Assembly: GCA_934177795.1 (NCBI GenBank)
Contig: CAKPPS010000001.1
Location: forward strand, 48,485-112,484
Direction of reading: 5' to 3'
DNA: 64,000 nt
Origin: an uncultured Clostridia bacterium
GTDB taxonomy: Bacteria > Bacillota > Clostridia > TANB77 > CAG-508
The first letter of the stretch is position 1. Each line of letters starts with the position of its first letter. Made by a program: the position numbers and the translations under genes. Shown here in pieces: positions 9,325 to 19,257 of this stretch. Below the pieces are notes generated by a model. It made no database searches. It worked only from the letters and a program-made list of their open reading frames with translations, and was not told where the DNA came from.

Positions 9325-10492
9325 TATAAAAGTTAATTTACCTAATTCAGAAGAAAAAGAAGTTTTAAGGAAAATAGCTGGATTTGATAAAAAGCTTCAA
9401 CATAAAACATATAAAAATGTGAAAAAACATGATGAGTTAATAGTTCATATTAGAGAAAATATATATGGTAATAGAAAAGTAATACAGGCGCAGTTTAAAA
9501 CATTGGGATGTAGAATGAAAAAGGCTGGTTCCTGTTGGAATTGTAATTATGGAGTTAGTGATAAATGTTTGATTACGCCACAACAATATATAAAAGCATT
9601 TAAAAGAGGTTTAGAAAATATAGATGGAGATGTATTAGTATTAGAATCATTAGGAAGTATAACAGATCCCAAAGAATTTGATGATAATGTATTTAAAGAA
9701 ATAATAAGAACTTCAATAGAAAATGAAAAATTTAAACATATATTAATAGAAACACATTTAAGTCAAATTTCTGAAGAAATTGTACAGTATATAGCCAAAA
9801 TAAACAATGGAAGAAAACAAATTGGATTTGAAATAGGTATTGAAGATATGAATCCTGAAAATAGAAAATTAATAAATAAAATTGGAGTTCAAAATAATAA
9901 ATTAACTGAGGTTTATAATATGCTACAAAAATATGGGGTAAGTTTAGGAATAAATTTAATTTATGGATTTCCATTTATGAATGAACAAGAAAGGATAGAA
10001 GCTGTTGTAAAATCAGTAAAAAATATTAATAGGGACTTACCAGAAGCGGAAATAGTTTTATTTTTGATGAGTGTTAAGGAAAATACTATTATGGAATATA
10101 TGCAAAAAAATGGAATGTATAAGCCAGCAAACCCATGGGGATTAGTAGAAACAACAAAAGAAATTTTGGAAGATGAGAATATTCAAAATTTAATTACTTT
10201 TTCATGGTTTGGAGAAAAGGAAGATCCGTATATTCACGAACAAACTTGTTATACTTGTACACAGTGTAAATCATTAATAATAGATTTTTTTAGAAAAGTA
10301 AATGGAACATTTAATCGAAAGGAAAGAAAAAAATTGTTAGAAAATTTATTAAAAAAAGCTGAAAATTTAGAATGTGGGTGTTATAATAAATTTCAAGAAA
10401 AACTTAAAGAAAGTGACGGTAAAAACCCTAAAATTAGATATGAAGAATTTATTGGAAAGGTAAATAAATTAATAGATAATGAAAGAGAATAA
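9299..10492 (+). CDS. Radical-SAM-type enzyme with CX7CX2C motif (TIGR01210-like)
   Basis: ...LGCRMKKAGSCWNCNYG... cluster motif and TIM-barrel-like core (LESLGS...ETH...G.E). 397 aa. Confidence 0.6.
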   Translation: MKEKNFVNSIKVNLPNSEEKEVLRKIAGFDKKLQHKTYKNVKKHDELIVHIRENIYGNRKVIQAQFKTLGCRMKKAGSCWNCNYGVSDKCLITPQQYIKAFKRGLENIDGDVLVLESLGSITDPKEFDDNVFKEIIRTSIENEKFKHILIETHLSQISEEIVQYIAKINNGRKQIGFEIGIEDMNPENRKLINKIGVQNNKLTEVYNMLQKYGVSLGINLIYGFPFMNEQERIEAVVKSVKNINRDLPEAEIVLFLMSVKENTIMEYMQKNGMYKPANPWGLVETTKEILEDENIQNLITFSWFGEKEDPYIHEQTCYTCTQCKSLIIDFFRKVNGTFNRKERKKLLENLLKKAENLECGCYNKFQEKLKESDGKNPKIRYEEFIGKVNKLIDNERE

Positions 10493-11469
10493 TTTTTTAA
10501 ATAAAGATTTAATACGGATGGCATATTAAAGAAAAAAGAAAACAGGGTTTTACAAATAAAAAGTATAGTACATTTTTTGATGGAAAAGTATTACAAATAT
10601 GTTTCTATAGTAAAGGTTGTAAATATAGTAAATGTGGTAATTGTATAATGTGTGATTATGGAAAAACAAGAAAAAAGAATTTAAAACCAAAAGATATTAA
10701 AAAAATTTTAAATAAAGTATTTAATAGTATGAAAAAATTTCCCGAAGTGTTGCTGATAAATAGTTTGGGAAGTATTTTTGATACTGAAGAAATGCCAATA
10801 GAAAATATAAATATTTTACTAGATGAATTGTCTAATATCAATATAGATGTGATTGTATTTGAAACACATTATTTAACTATAAATGATTCAATACTTCAAT
10901 TAATAAAACAAAAATTGTATAATAAAGATGTGGTAATAGAACTTGGACTAGAAAGCAGTAACGAGAAAAAAAGAAAAAAATGTTTAAATAAACATATAAA
11001 CAATAAAAATTTTATCAATAAAGTTAAATTAATAAAGTTATATGGTTTTGAAGTGGAAGTAAATGTTATTTTTGGTATGCCTTTTTGTACAGTTAAAGAA
11101 CAAGAAATAGACACTATAAACAGTATAAATTGGTGTTTTAAAAATAATATTGATAAAGTAAATTTATTTCCTATTAATATAAAACCATATACTTTACTAT
11201 ATAAGCTATATGAACAGAGAAAGTATTTTCCAATTTCACATAGAGATTTTATTGAAGTATTACATAAAATTTCTAAAGAATATATTAACAAAATTTATCT
11301 GTGCTGGTATGGTAATAGAGAAATAATATATGATAAAAATAAAACAATTTTTCCAAAGTGTAATGATAGTGAATATCAAATATTTATGAAATTTTACAGA
11401 GAATTTAATATGACTAGAAATGCAGAAAAAAGAATGAAGTTATTAAAACAAGTAAAGTTCAAAATATGA
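10479..11469 (+). CDS. Second radical-SAM paralogue (CX7CX2C), readable only with a +1 shift at in-frame CGG (C at 10515)
   Basis: ATG-10479 MKENNFLNKDLI-CGG, then +1 GGA TGG CAT... gives GWHIKEKRKQGFTNKKYSTFFDGKVLQICFYSKGCKYSKCGNCIMCDYG. The N-terminus MKENNF parallels MKEKNF of the upstream paralogue. The ORF-track start at 10648 would delete the Cys motif. Confidence 0.55.
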
Positions 11470-11534
11470 ATTTATGTTTTGAGATGATTATTATATATAT
11501 TTGTGAAAATGGAGGCCTGTAGCATTGATTACAA

Positions 11535-11858
11535 TTATATTATATTTTTTATATATTTTAATATTATAAAAAATATAATATTAAAAAATAAGCATACTAG
11601 TGTTTCTAAGTATTCTTTTGATAAATCAAATTTAAATAATTTTAGAACAAGTGATAAAATTAATCCTATAAGGCAGAATACAAGTAAATTACTATATTTA
11701 AAATTTTGATGTACACAAGTCTTTAATATAACTTTTGCAAGAAATATTGAAGCTATAATAAATAGCATATAAAATAAATATCCATATAATCCCAACTCAA
11801 ATATACCTCCAAGTAATATACTGAAAACTTGCGGTTTGTGTTTGATTGACCTTCGCAT
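11535..11858 (-). CDS. Small membrane protein (107 aa, 3 TM)
   Basis: Strong RBS (GAGGAGG) 5-6 nt upstream of ATG-11858. Hydrophobic throughout. Confidence 0.55.
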   Translation of the reverse strand: MRRSIKHKPQVFSILLGGIFELGLYGYLFYMLFIIASIFLAKVILKTCVHQNFKYSNLLVFCLIGLILSLVLKLFKFDLSKEYLETLVCLFFNIIFFIILKYIKNII

Positions 11859-11943
11859 GAAAAGTCCTCCTCGTTAAAAATAAATTAATATATATAAATT
11901 ATAACATAAACAATAAAAAAATATATTTAATTTGGAGATAAAT

Positions 11944-12075
11944 ATGGTTTGAGTATTATATGTAGTTGCAGGAGTATTTCTTGCAATGATGGCAAAAACA
12001 GCAGTTAAAGTTGCAACTGAATCAATTGGAGATTATGGAGTAGACTTCTTAATAGATAAAAGATTTGAAATATAA
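11944..12075 (+). CDS. Possible small membrane peptide with an in-frame TGA at codon 3
   Basis: GGAG 6 nt upstream of ATG-11944. Reads ATG GTT TGA GTA TTA... = MV*VLYVVAGVFLAMMAKTAVKVATESIGDYGVDFLIDKRFEI, followed by a strong hairpin. Confidence 0.3.
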
Positions 12076-12111
12076 GATTTACAAATAAATTATTTATGAA
12101 ATTAAAAAAAT

Positions 12112-12151
12112 AACTAACCAGATGCAAGAATTTACTTGCACCTGGTTAGTT
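12112..12151. terminator. Bidirectional terminator hairpin
   Basis: aactaaccagatgcaag...cttgcacctggttagtt, 16/17-bp stem between convergent genes. Confidence 0.7.
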
Positions 12152-12163
12152 GGGAGGAAAATT

Positions 12164-12571
12164 CTATAAAGAATTTTCTACTTGAAATTTAAAAAATTTA
12201 GTATATGTTTGAGAAATGACATTATACAGTTCAGTCATTGTCTCTGTTGATGGATTTTCTTCATACGCTTGTTTTGCTTCCATATATTTTTTCATATCTT
12301 CAGTTTGAAGAAAATCGGCTGCGTTTTCTTTTACACTTTGCTCTAAATCAGCAGACATTTCTTTCATGTCTGTATCAGAGTACTGTAAAACTACGGCAGG
12401 TTTTGTCAGTATTATAAAGTTTTCATTGTCAGCTAGCTGATGTATTGAGTATATTCCTCCTAAAATGAAAGAATTTACCAATAATAATACTAATCCAAAA
12501 AATTTTACAGCCCGTATGATATCTTCTTTGCTTACAGTGTTTTCTTTTTTCATAGTGTCTTCGTTATTCAT
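12164..12571 (-). CDS. Membrane-anchored hypothetical protein (135 aa), GC-richer
   Basis: One TM helix (FFGLVLLLVNSFILGGIYSI). Contains an ordinary in-frame CGG codon (12514..12512). Driven by copy B of the repeated promoter unit. Confidence 0.6.
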   Translation of the reverse strand: MNNEDTMKKENTVSKEDIIRAVKFFGLVLLLVNSFILGGIYSIHQLADNENFIILTKPAVVLQYSDTDMKEMSADLEQSVKENAADFLQTEDMKKYMEAKQAYEENPSTETMTELYNVISQTYTKFFKFQVENSL

Positions 12572-12660
12572 AGTTTTTCCTCCTTTTGGGCACTGCCCAT
12601 AAAAAAATAATAAAATAGTAACATATATCCATTATACCATTTTTTACATAATAAGTAAAC
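12572..12660 (-). promoter_or_regulatory. Sigma-A-type promoter plus 13-bp palindrome (copy B, inverted relative to copy A)
   Basis: On the minus strand: TTTACT(12659-54)-17 nt-TATAAT(12636-31); palindrome TGGGCAgTGCCCA (12587-12599); RBS AAAGGAGG. Confidence 0.6.
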
Positions 12661-12741
12661 TACTTTTCGATTTTTTAAAAAAGTTATATTAAAGAGCGAA
12701 AAACACTTGAATTATAGCTGTTTTTATGATAAAATATTAAC

Positions 12742-13000
12742 TGCATAAATAAATAAAACCAAATAGAAAGCAAAGTATATATATTACAAGTTTAAAAGAG
12801 AAAATGGTCATTGGCTGGAAACCATTAAATAGAGAGTATATAGAAATTTCACTTTTTAGGTTCTTTTTTGAATAAAGTAGAAGAAGACGGTTGAACCGTT
12901 AAAACTATAATGAGGTTAGCTATATGCTAATAAACTTAGGTGGTACCACGAATAATAACCATTTCGTCCTAAAAATATATAGGGAGAAGTGGCTTTTTTT
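12742..13000 (+). promoter_or_regulatory. T-box leader (Phe specifier) of the pheST operon
   Basis: Promoter TTGAAT(12707)-17-TAAAAT(12730). AGAGA-like box. Specifier candidate TTC-A at 12848-51. T-box core aacttaGGTGGTACCACGaa at 12933-50. Terminator aaccatttcgtcct/agggagaagtggctt plus T7. Confidence 0.75.
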
Positions 13001-13056
13001 ATGGGAAATGCCAATGTTTAAATTTTAAATAAAATTTAATAAAGGATGTTGATAAT

Positions 13057-13386
13057 ATGGTTGATGAAGGAAAATGTATTGAATATTATTTTGATTCAAA
13101 AACTTTTACAAAGGAAGAATTAATAAAAAATATAGAAGAAGCTCAAATAGAGTTTCCAAATAAAAAAATCGAACCAGAATTGTTTTTAAATCAATGGGGA
13201 GTATATATATTAAAAATTAATTTTAAAGACAAAATAAAATATATGACAGAAATAAAAAGAAAAAGAACAGACAAAAAGGTGAAAAATTTAATTCAAAAAA
13301 ATCAAAAGGTTAGTAAAAAAAGAATGTCTTTATTTAATAGAGAATATGGAAAATATAAAAATTCTGGAGAATACAAACCGATATAA
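13057..13386 (+). CDS. Small basic hypothetical protein between the T-box and pheS
   Basis: 109-aa ORF whose stop overlaps the pheS ATG (TAATG). Weak RBS. No family recognised. Confidence 0.35.
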   Translation: MVDEGKCIEYYFDSKTFTKEELIKNIEEAQIEFPNKKIEPELFLNQWGVYILKINFKDKIKYMTEIKRKRTDKKVKNLIQKNQKVSKKRMSLFNREYGKYKNSGEYKPI

Positions 13387-14423
13387 TGAAAGGAATAAAA
13401 AAGATGAAAGAACAAATAGCACAAATCAAAGAAAAGTCAGTTAAAGAGATTAAAGAAAGCCAAAATCTAAAAGAATTGAATGAGGTTAAAGTAAAATATT
13501 TAGGTAAAAAAGGTGAGTTAACAGCTATACTAAGAGGAATGAAAGATTTAACACCAGAGGAAAGACCAGTAGTAGGAAGTTTAGTAAATGAAGTTAGAAC
13601 TGATATAGAAGAATTAATAAAAAAAATGGAAGAAGAATTTAAAAAAAGAGAATTAATAAATAAATTGCAACAAGAAGATATAGATGTAACTGCACCAAGC
13701 AAAAAAATTAGCTTAGGGTCTATACATCCAATAACACAGATAATAGAAGAAGTAGAAGAAATTTTTCTTGGAATGGGATATAAAATTGCAGATGGACCAG
13801 AAGTGGAAAAATCAATATATAATTTCGATAAATTAAATACACCACCAGATCATCCAGCTAGAGATTTACAAGATACTTTTTATATAACTGAAGACATAGT
13901 ATTAAGAAGTCAGACTTCACCTGTTCAAGCTAGAGTTATGGAAAATCAAAAACCACCTATAAAAATAATATGTCCAGGAACAGTCTATAGATCAGATAGT
14001 GTAGATGCAACACATTCACCAGTATTTCATCAAGTTGAAGGACTAGTTGTAGATAAAAATATTTCTATGGCAGATTTAAAAGGAACTCTAGAAATGTTTG
14101 CTAAAAAATGCTTAGGAGAAAATACGAAAATAAGATTTAGACCACATCATTTTCCATTCACAGAGCCATCAGCAGAAGCGGATGTTTCATGCTTTGTATG
14201 TGGAGGAAAAGGCTGCAGAGTATGCAAAGGTGAAGGATGGATAGAGTTATTAGGTTGTGGAGAAGTACATCCTAATGTTTTGAAAAATTGCGGAATAGAT
14301 TCAGATATATATTCAGGATTTGCTTTTGGATTCGGTGTAGAGAGAATAGCAATGGCTAAATATGGAATAGATGATATGAGATTATTATTTGAAAATGATA
14401 TAAGATTTTTAAAACAATTTTAA
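13386..14423 (+). CDS. pheS: Phenylalanine--tRNA ligase alpha subunit
   Basis: Class II aaRS motifs (...HPARD.QDTFY..., [27 protein letters not shown]). The start may instead be ATG-13404. Confidence 0.95.
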   Translation: MKGIKKMKEQIAQIKEKSVKEIKESQNLKELNEVKVKYLGKKGELTAILRGMKDLTPEERPVVGSLVNEVRTDIEELIKKMEEEFKKRELINKLQQEDIDVTAPSKKISLGSIHPITQIIEEVEEIFLGMGYKIADGPEVEKSIYNFDKLNTPPDHPARDLQDTFYITEDIVLRSQTSPVQARVMENQKPPIKIICPGTVYRSDSVDATHSPVFHQVEGLVVDKNISMADLKGTLEMFAKKCLGENTKIRFRPHHFPFTEPSAEADVSCFVCGGKGCRVCKGEGWIELLGCGEVHPNVLKNCGIDSDIYSGFAFGFGVERIAMAKYGIDDMRLLFENDIRFLKQF

Positions 14424-14453
14424 TGTAAATACAAAATATAAGGGAGGATTTTA

Positions 14454-14789
14454 ATGGGACTTTTCAGAAGAAAGGAAAAAGAATATACATTAGGAGAAGC
14501 AATGAAATTACTGGGAACAGAAAAATATGCTAATTTTATGCCTGTAGAAGTTGAACCAGGAAAACCGGAAACTAAATATTGGTTAAGGGAAGAACAAAGA
14601 GAAAAAGAACCTAATGCTATAAAAAGAAATAGTTTCTTAGACGAGTTATCAGGTAATGGAGAATATAGAAAATTAGATAATGGAAGAATAGTAAGTGCAA
14701 GTAATAAACCAGGAAGAGTTGTAAGATGCAATAATTATAAAACGAGTAAAAATTATCAAAGAAAATATGGTACAGGTATGAGCTTGTAA
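14454..14789 (+). CDS. Hypothetical protein inserted between pheS and pheT (111 aa)
   Basis: Strong RBS AGGGAGG 7 nt upstream. No family recognised. Followed by the stem-loop at 14798..14818. Confidence 0.5.
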   Translation: MGLFRRKEKEYTLGEAMKLLGTEKYANFMPVEVEPGKPETKYWLREEQREKEPNAIKRNSFLDELSGNGEYRKLDNGRIVSASNKPGRVVRCNNYKTSKNYQRKYGTGMSL

Positions 14790-14858
14790 GCAAAATAATG
14801 GTTTATAGGTGAAACCATAAAAACCTAAATATTATTACAAATAGAAAAGGAATAAAAA

Positions 14859-17279
14859 ATGAAAGCAAGCAGAGAATGGTTAGAGGAATATAGTGATATA
14901 GATGTAAGTACAATAGAACTTGGGGATATATTAACAATGACAGGTTCTAAAGTAGAAACTATTGAACAAAAAGGAAATGAAATAAAAAATGTTGTGGTTG
15001 GAAAAATATTAGAAGTAACAAAACATCCAGATGCAGACAAATTAGTGGTTACTAAAATAGATGTTGGTAATAATGAAGTTGTACAAGTAGTAACTGCTGC
15101 AACTAATATAAAAGTTGGCGAACCAGGACAAATTGTTCCAGTAGCTAAAGATGGAGCAGAATTGCCTAACAATATTAAAATAAAAACAGGAAAATTAAGA
15201 GGAATAGAATCACAAGGCATGATGTGTGGAATGGAAGAATTGGGAATAGAACCAGCCAATTATCCAGATAAAGTAGTAAATGGTATATTTATATTAGACG
15301 ATGAATACGAAAAATATATAGGAAAAAATATTGTAGATGTATTAGAGTTAAAAGAAGATATTATAGATTTTGAAATAACTCCTAATAGACCAGATTGTTT
15401 ATCTATAGAAGGATTAGGTAGAGAAACAGCTATTTCTTTAAATAAAGAATTTAAGAATCCTAGAAAAAATATTGATGAATTGCAAGTTATAGATAAAAAT
15501 GAAATCGAAGGATTAAAAGTAGATATTACAGCACCAAACTTATGTTACAGATATATTGCTAGAATAGTAAAAAATGTAAAAATAGGACAATCACCTAAAT
15601 GGATGAAAAGAAGGTTAAATGCTTGTGGAATAAGAAGTATTAATAATATAGTTGATATCACAAATTATGTAATGCTAGAAATGGGACAACCAATGCATGC
15701 ATTTGATATTAATTCTATAGAAGGAAAACATATAACAGTTAGAAGAGCTAAACAAAACGAAAAAATAACAACATTAGATGAACAAGAGAGAGTTTTAGAC
15801 GAAACAGATTTAGTTATAGCAGATGAGAAAAAACCAGTAGCAATAGCTGGTGTAATGGGAGGATTAAATTCAGAAATTGAAGCAGACACAGAAACAGTTG
15901 TATTTGAATCGGCAGTTTTCTATGGAGGAGCCATTAGAAAAACAGCAAAAAAAGTGGGATTAAGAACTGAAAGCTCTTCAAGATTTGAAAAAGGATTATC
16001 TCCAGAAAATGCTTTAAGAGCAGTAAATCGTGCTGTGGAACTAGTAAAAGAACTTGGCATAGGTGAAGTTGTTGAGGGAAAAATAGATATCTATCCAACT
16101 AAACAAAAAACAAATAAAGTAAAATTAGATTATGATAAAATTAATGCACTATTAGGAACAAATATAAAAAAAGAAGAAATGATTGATATCTTAAATAAAT
16201 TAGATATAAAAGTACAAGATGATATAGCAATTGCACCATATTTCAGAACAGACATAGAGCAATTAGCAGATATAGCAGAAGAAGTATTAAGATTTTATGG
16301 ATATGATAAATTGGAATCAACATTGATAAAATGTGATACTACATTAGGAATTAGAAATAAAGAACAAAAAATAGAACAAAAAATTAAAGAAGTATTAGTA
16401 AATAATGGACTATCTGAAGTATATACTTATGGATTTTTAAGTGAAAAAGACTTAGAAAAATCAAATATCAATGAAGAATTGAAAAAAACATGTATTACAA
16501 TTCAAAATCCATTAAGTGAAGAATTTAAGCTAATGAGACCATCAACAATTCCTAGTATGATGCAAATATTAGCGAATAATGCTAATAAGAAAAATCAAGA
16601 TGTAAGATTATTTGATATCTCACGAAGCTATAAAAATATAAATAAAGAAATAGAAAACGGAGAAGTACCATTACAAGAAAATATTTTAACAATAGGAATG
16701 TATGGACAAGATATTGATTTTTATGTACTAAAAGGAATTATAGAAAACATTTTAGATGCTAATTATATAAATAGATATGAAATAGAAAAAGAAAAAGAAA
16801 ATGGTTCATACCATCCAGGAAGATGTGCAAATATAAAAATTGGAAAAGATATAATAGCAACATTAGGAGAAGTACATCCAATAGTACTTAATAATTATGA
16901 AATAGAAAAAAGAGTATATCTAGCAGAGGTTAATATTACAAAGTTAGAAAAATATTCAAGAAAAAATAAAAAATATGTAGAAGTACCAAAATTTCCAGCA
17001 ATAGAAAGAGATATAGCAATTATTGTAGATGAAAAAATAGAAGTTGGACAAATAGAAAAAATTATAACTAAAAAAGGCAAAAAATTATTAGAACAAGTAA
17101 AATTATTTGATATTTATAGAGATGAAAAGATAGGAAAAAACAAAAAGAGTATAGCATATTCATTAATATTTAGAGATGCTAAAAAAACATTGAATGATGA
17201 AGAAATTAATGGAATTATGAATAATATAATATCTGAATTAGAAAAAACATTAAATGCAAAATTGAGAGATAGGAATTAA
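14859..17279 (+). CDS. pheT: Phenylalanine--tRNA ligase beta subunit
   Basis: 806 aa with an N-terminal tRNA-binding domain (KHPDADKL), B3/4, B5 and FDX-ACB domains. Confidence 0.95.
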   Translation: MKASREWLEEYSDIDVSTIELGDILTMTGSKVETIEQKGNEIKNVVVGKILEVTKHPDADKLVVTKIDVGNNEVVQVVTAATNIKVGEPGQIVPVAKDGAELPNNIKIKTGKLRGIESQGMMCGMEELGIEPANYPDKVVNGIFILDDEYEKYIGKNIVDVLELKEDIIDFEITPNRPDCLSIEGLGRETAISLNKEFKNPRKNIDELQVIDKNEIEGLKVDITAPNLCYRYIARIVKNVKIGQSPKWMKRRLNACGIRSINNIVDITNYVMLEMGQPMHAFDINSIEGKHITVRRAKQNEKITTLDEQERVLDETDLVIADEKKPVAIAGVMGGLNSEIEADTETVVFESAVFYGGAIRKTAKKVGLRTESSSRFEKGLSPENALRAVNRAVELVKELGIGEVVEGKIDIYPTKQKTNKVKLDYDKINALLGTNIKKEEMIDILNKLDIKVQDDIAIAPYFRTDIEQLADIAEEVLRFYGYDKLESTLIKCDTTLGIRNKEQKIEQKIKEVLVNNGLSEVYTYGFLSEKDLEKSNINEELKKTCITIQNPLSEEFKLMRPSTIPSMMQILANNANKKNQDVRLFDISRSYKNINKEIENGEVPLQENILTIGMYGQDIDFYVLKGIIENILDANYINRYEIEKEKENGSYHPGRCANIKIGKDIIATLGEVHPIVLNNYEIEKRVYLAEVNITKLEKYSRKNKKYVEVPKFPAIERDIAIIVDEKIEVGQIEKIITKKGKKLLEQVKLFDIYRDEKIGKNKKSIAYSLIFRDAKKTLNDEEINGIMNNIISELEKTLNAKLRDRN

Positions 17280-17291
17280 GTTAAAAAAGAT

Positions 17292-18119
17292 ATGAATAGA
17301 ATAAAAATTAGTTCAAAACTAAAATTAATTCAAAAAATATTAGACAAAATGAAAGAGGATCATGTAAGTGAATGTTCGGCTCAATGTTCATATTATACTA
17401 TTTTATCATTTATACCATTTATTATATTGGTAATAACGCTAGTTCAATATACAGGAGTTGAGCCTCAAACATTATTTGATGCAATATCTAAAGTTATACC
17501 AGATAATATGAATGAAATGGTATTAGGAATTGTGCAAGAAGTATATTCTAAATCTATTGGTACAATCTCTGTATCAATAATATTCACTATATGGGCAGCA
17601 GGAAAAGGGCTGTTTGCTCTGGCAAGTGGGTTGCATTCAGTTTATCATACAGATAATGGTAAAAGCATTTCATATATTTATATGAGGATAAAAGCCTTTT
17701 TTGAAACTATTTTGTTTATTGTACTAATTGTTATGGGATTAACAGGATTAGTATTTGGAAATAGATTAATTACATTGTTTCAAAAATATTTTGGAGAAAT
17801 AGACAATTATAATATAATATTATCAGTAGTAACACAAATTGGATTTGTGTTACTTACATTTAATATATTTTTATTATTATATAAGTATATGCCAAAACAT
17901 AGAGTTTCTTTTAAAAGTCAAATATATGGAGCAGCATTTGGAGCAATATCATTAAATATAGTATCATTTATATTTTCAAAATATTTAGATATTTTTAAAG
18001 GATTTTCTATAACTTATGGGAGCTTGACAACATTAATGTTAATTATGATGTGGACTTATGCTTGTTTTTATATAATATTTTTAGGAGCAGAGATAAACAA
18101 ATTTATATCACAACACTAA
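17292..18119 (+). CDS. YihY/BrkB-family membrane protein
   Basis: ...AQCSYYTILSFIPFIILV... with 6 TM helices, typical of the YihY family. Confidence 0.75.
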   Translation: MNRIKISSKLKLIQKILDKMKEDHVSECSAQCSYYTILSFIPFIILVITLVQYTGVEPQTLFDAISKVIPDNMNEMVLGIVQEVYSKSIGTISVSIIFTIWAAGKGLFALASGLHSVYHTDNGKSISYIYMRIKAFFETILFIVLIVMGLTGLVFGNRLITLFQKYFGEIDNYNIILSVVTQIGFVLLTFNIFLLLYKYMPKHRVSFKSQIYGAAFGAISLNIVSFIFSKYLDIFKGFSITYGSLTTLMLIMMWTYACFYIIFLGAEINKFISQH

Positions 18120-18131
18120 TATGGAGGAAAA

Positions 18132-18821
18132 ATGGAAGAAATAAAATTATATATACTAATCTTTTTTATATATGCAATAGCTGGTTGGATAATGGAAACA
18201 ACAACAATTTCTATAAGAAATAAAAAATTTGTAAATAGAGGTTTTTTAGTTGGACCAATATGCCCAATATATGGATATGGAGTTGTATTAGTAAGTGTAT
18301 TACTAAAAAAATATCAAGAAGATATGGTTGCAACATTTTGTATGTCAATTATTATATGTGGATTATTAGAGTACTTCACGAGCTTTTTTATGGAAAAAAT
18401 ATTTAAAGCTAGATGGTGGGACTATAGCCAAAAGAAATTTAATATAAATGGAAGAATATGCCTAGAAAATCTAGTATTATTCGGTATAGCTAGTTGTATT
18501 ATTGTATATATAGTAAATCCGTTTATTATAGGAAAAATTAATCTAATACCACAAAATATACAAAGCTTAATAATAATAATATTGTTATTAATCCATGTTG
18601 TAGATAATATAATTTCATATAAAATTATACTTAATTTAAAACAAGTATCTAAAGAAGTAAAAGATAATACAATTGAAATATCAGAGAAAGTTAGAAAGAT
18701 TATTCACAACAAATCAATATTTCATAGAAGACTTGTTGATGCATTTCCTAATATAAAAGACAAAGTTGAATTTAAAAAATGGACTTTAAAAGAAAAAATA
18801 GAAAATTTAAAAAGAAAATAA
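18132..18821 (+). CDS. Polytopic membrane protein (PF06541-like, putative ABC-transporter type IV)
   Basis: ...AGWIMETTT...GPICPIYGYGVV... pattern with multiple TM helices. Confidence 0.5.
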   Translation: MEEIKLYILIFFIYAIAGWIMETTTISIRNKKFVNRGFLVGPICPIYGYGVVLVSVLLKKYQEDMVATFCMSIIICGLLEYFTSFFMEKIFKARWWDYSQKKFNINGRICLENLVLFGIASCIIVYIVNPFIIGKINLIPQNIQSLIIIILLLIHVVDNIISYKIILNLKQVSKEVKDNTIEISEKVRKIIHNKSIFHRRLVDAFPNIKDKVEFKKWTLKEKIENLKRK

Positions 18822-18888
18822 AAGTATTGACAAATTATAAAAAATGGTGTAAAGTATATTAGCATTACATATTAAGGGGTAGTTATAT

Positions 18889-19257
18889 ATGGATAAAAAT
18901 GTAAAAATCAGTATATTATGTGATTTATATGGAAATCTTTTAACAGAGAAACAGATAAAATTCATAGATGACTATTATAACAAAGATTTATCTTTATCAG
19001 AAATTGCGGAAAACAATGGAATAACACGACAAGCAGTTAGAGATAGCATAAAAAAGGTAGAAAAAAAATTACTGGATTACGAAGAAAAACTTTTATTTAT
19101 GGAAAAAATGTCAGAAAATGAAGGTAAATTAAAAGATATTTTTATAAAGCTTGATGAAATTAAATGTGCTGATGCAAAATCAGAAAAAAATTTATTGCAA
19201 GCAAAAAATATACTTAAAAGTTTAATTATGGATGGAGTTGAATTTAATGGCTTTTGA
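18889..19257 (+). CDS. ylxM: YlxM/UPF0122 putative DNA-binding protein
   Basis: HTH ...LSLSEIAENNGITRQAVRDSIKK..., directly upstream of ffh as in other Firmicutes. Confidence 0.85.
   Translation: MDKNVKISILCDLYGNLLTEKQIKFIDDYYNKDLSLSEIAENNGITRQAVRDSIKKVEKKLLDYEEKLLFMEKMSENEGKLKDIFIKLDEIKCADAKSEKNLLQAKNILKSLIMDGVEFNGF

Noticed and set aside
11503-11709. 68-aa ORF on the plus strand
   Set aside because: It is antisense to the RBS-supported membrane-protein gene 11535..11858 and has low-complexity AT-rich sequence.
11944-12075. Genome-wide TGA reassignment (code 4/25)
   Set aside because: Conserved genes terminate at TGA at the expected length (ylxM at 19257, rSAM at 11469, the hypothetical at 4059). 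No conserved gene shows an internal TGA.
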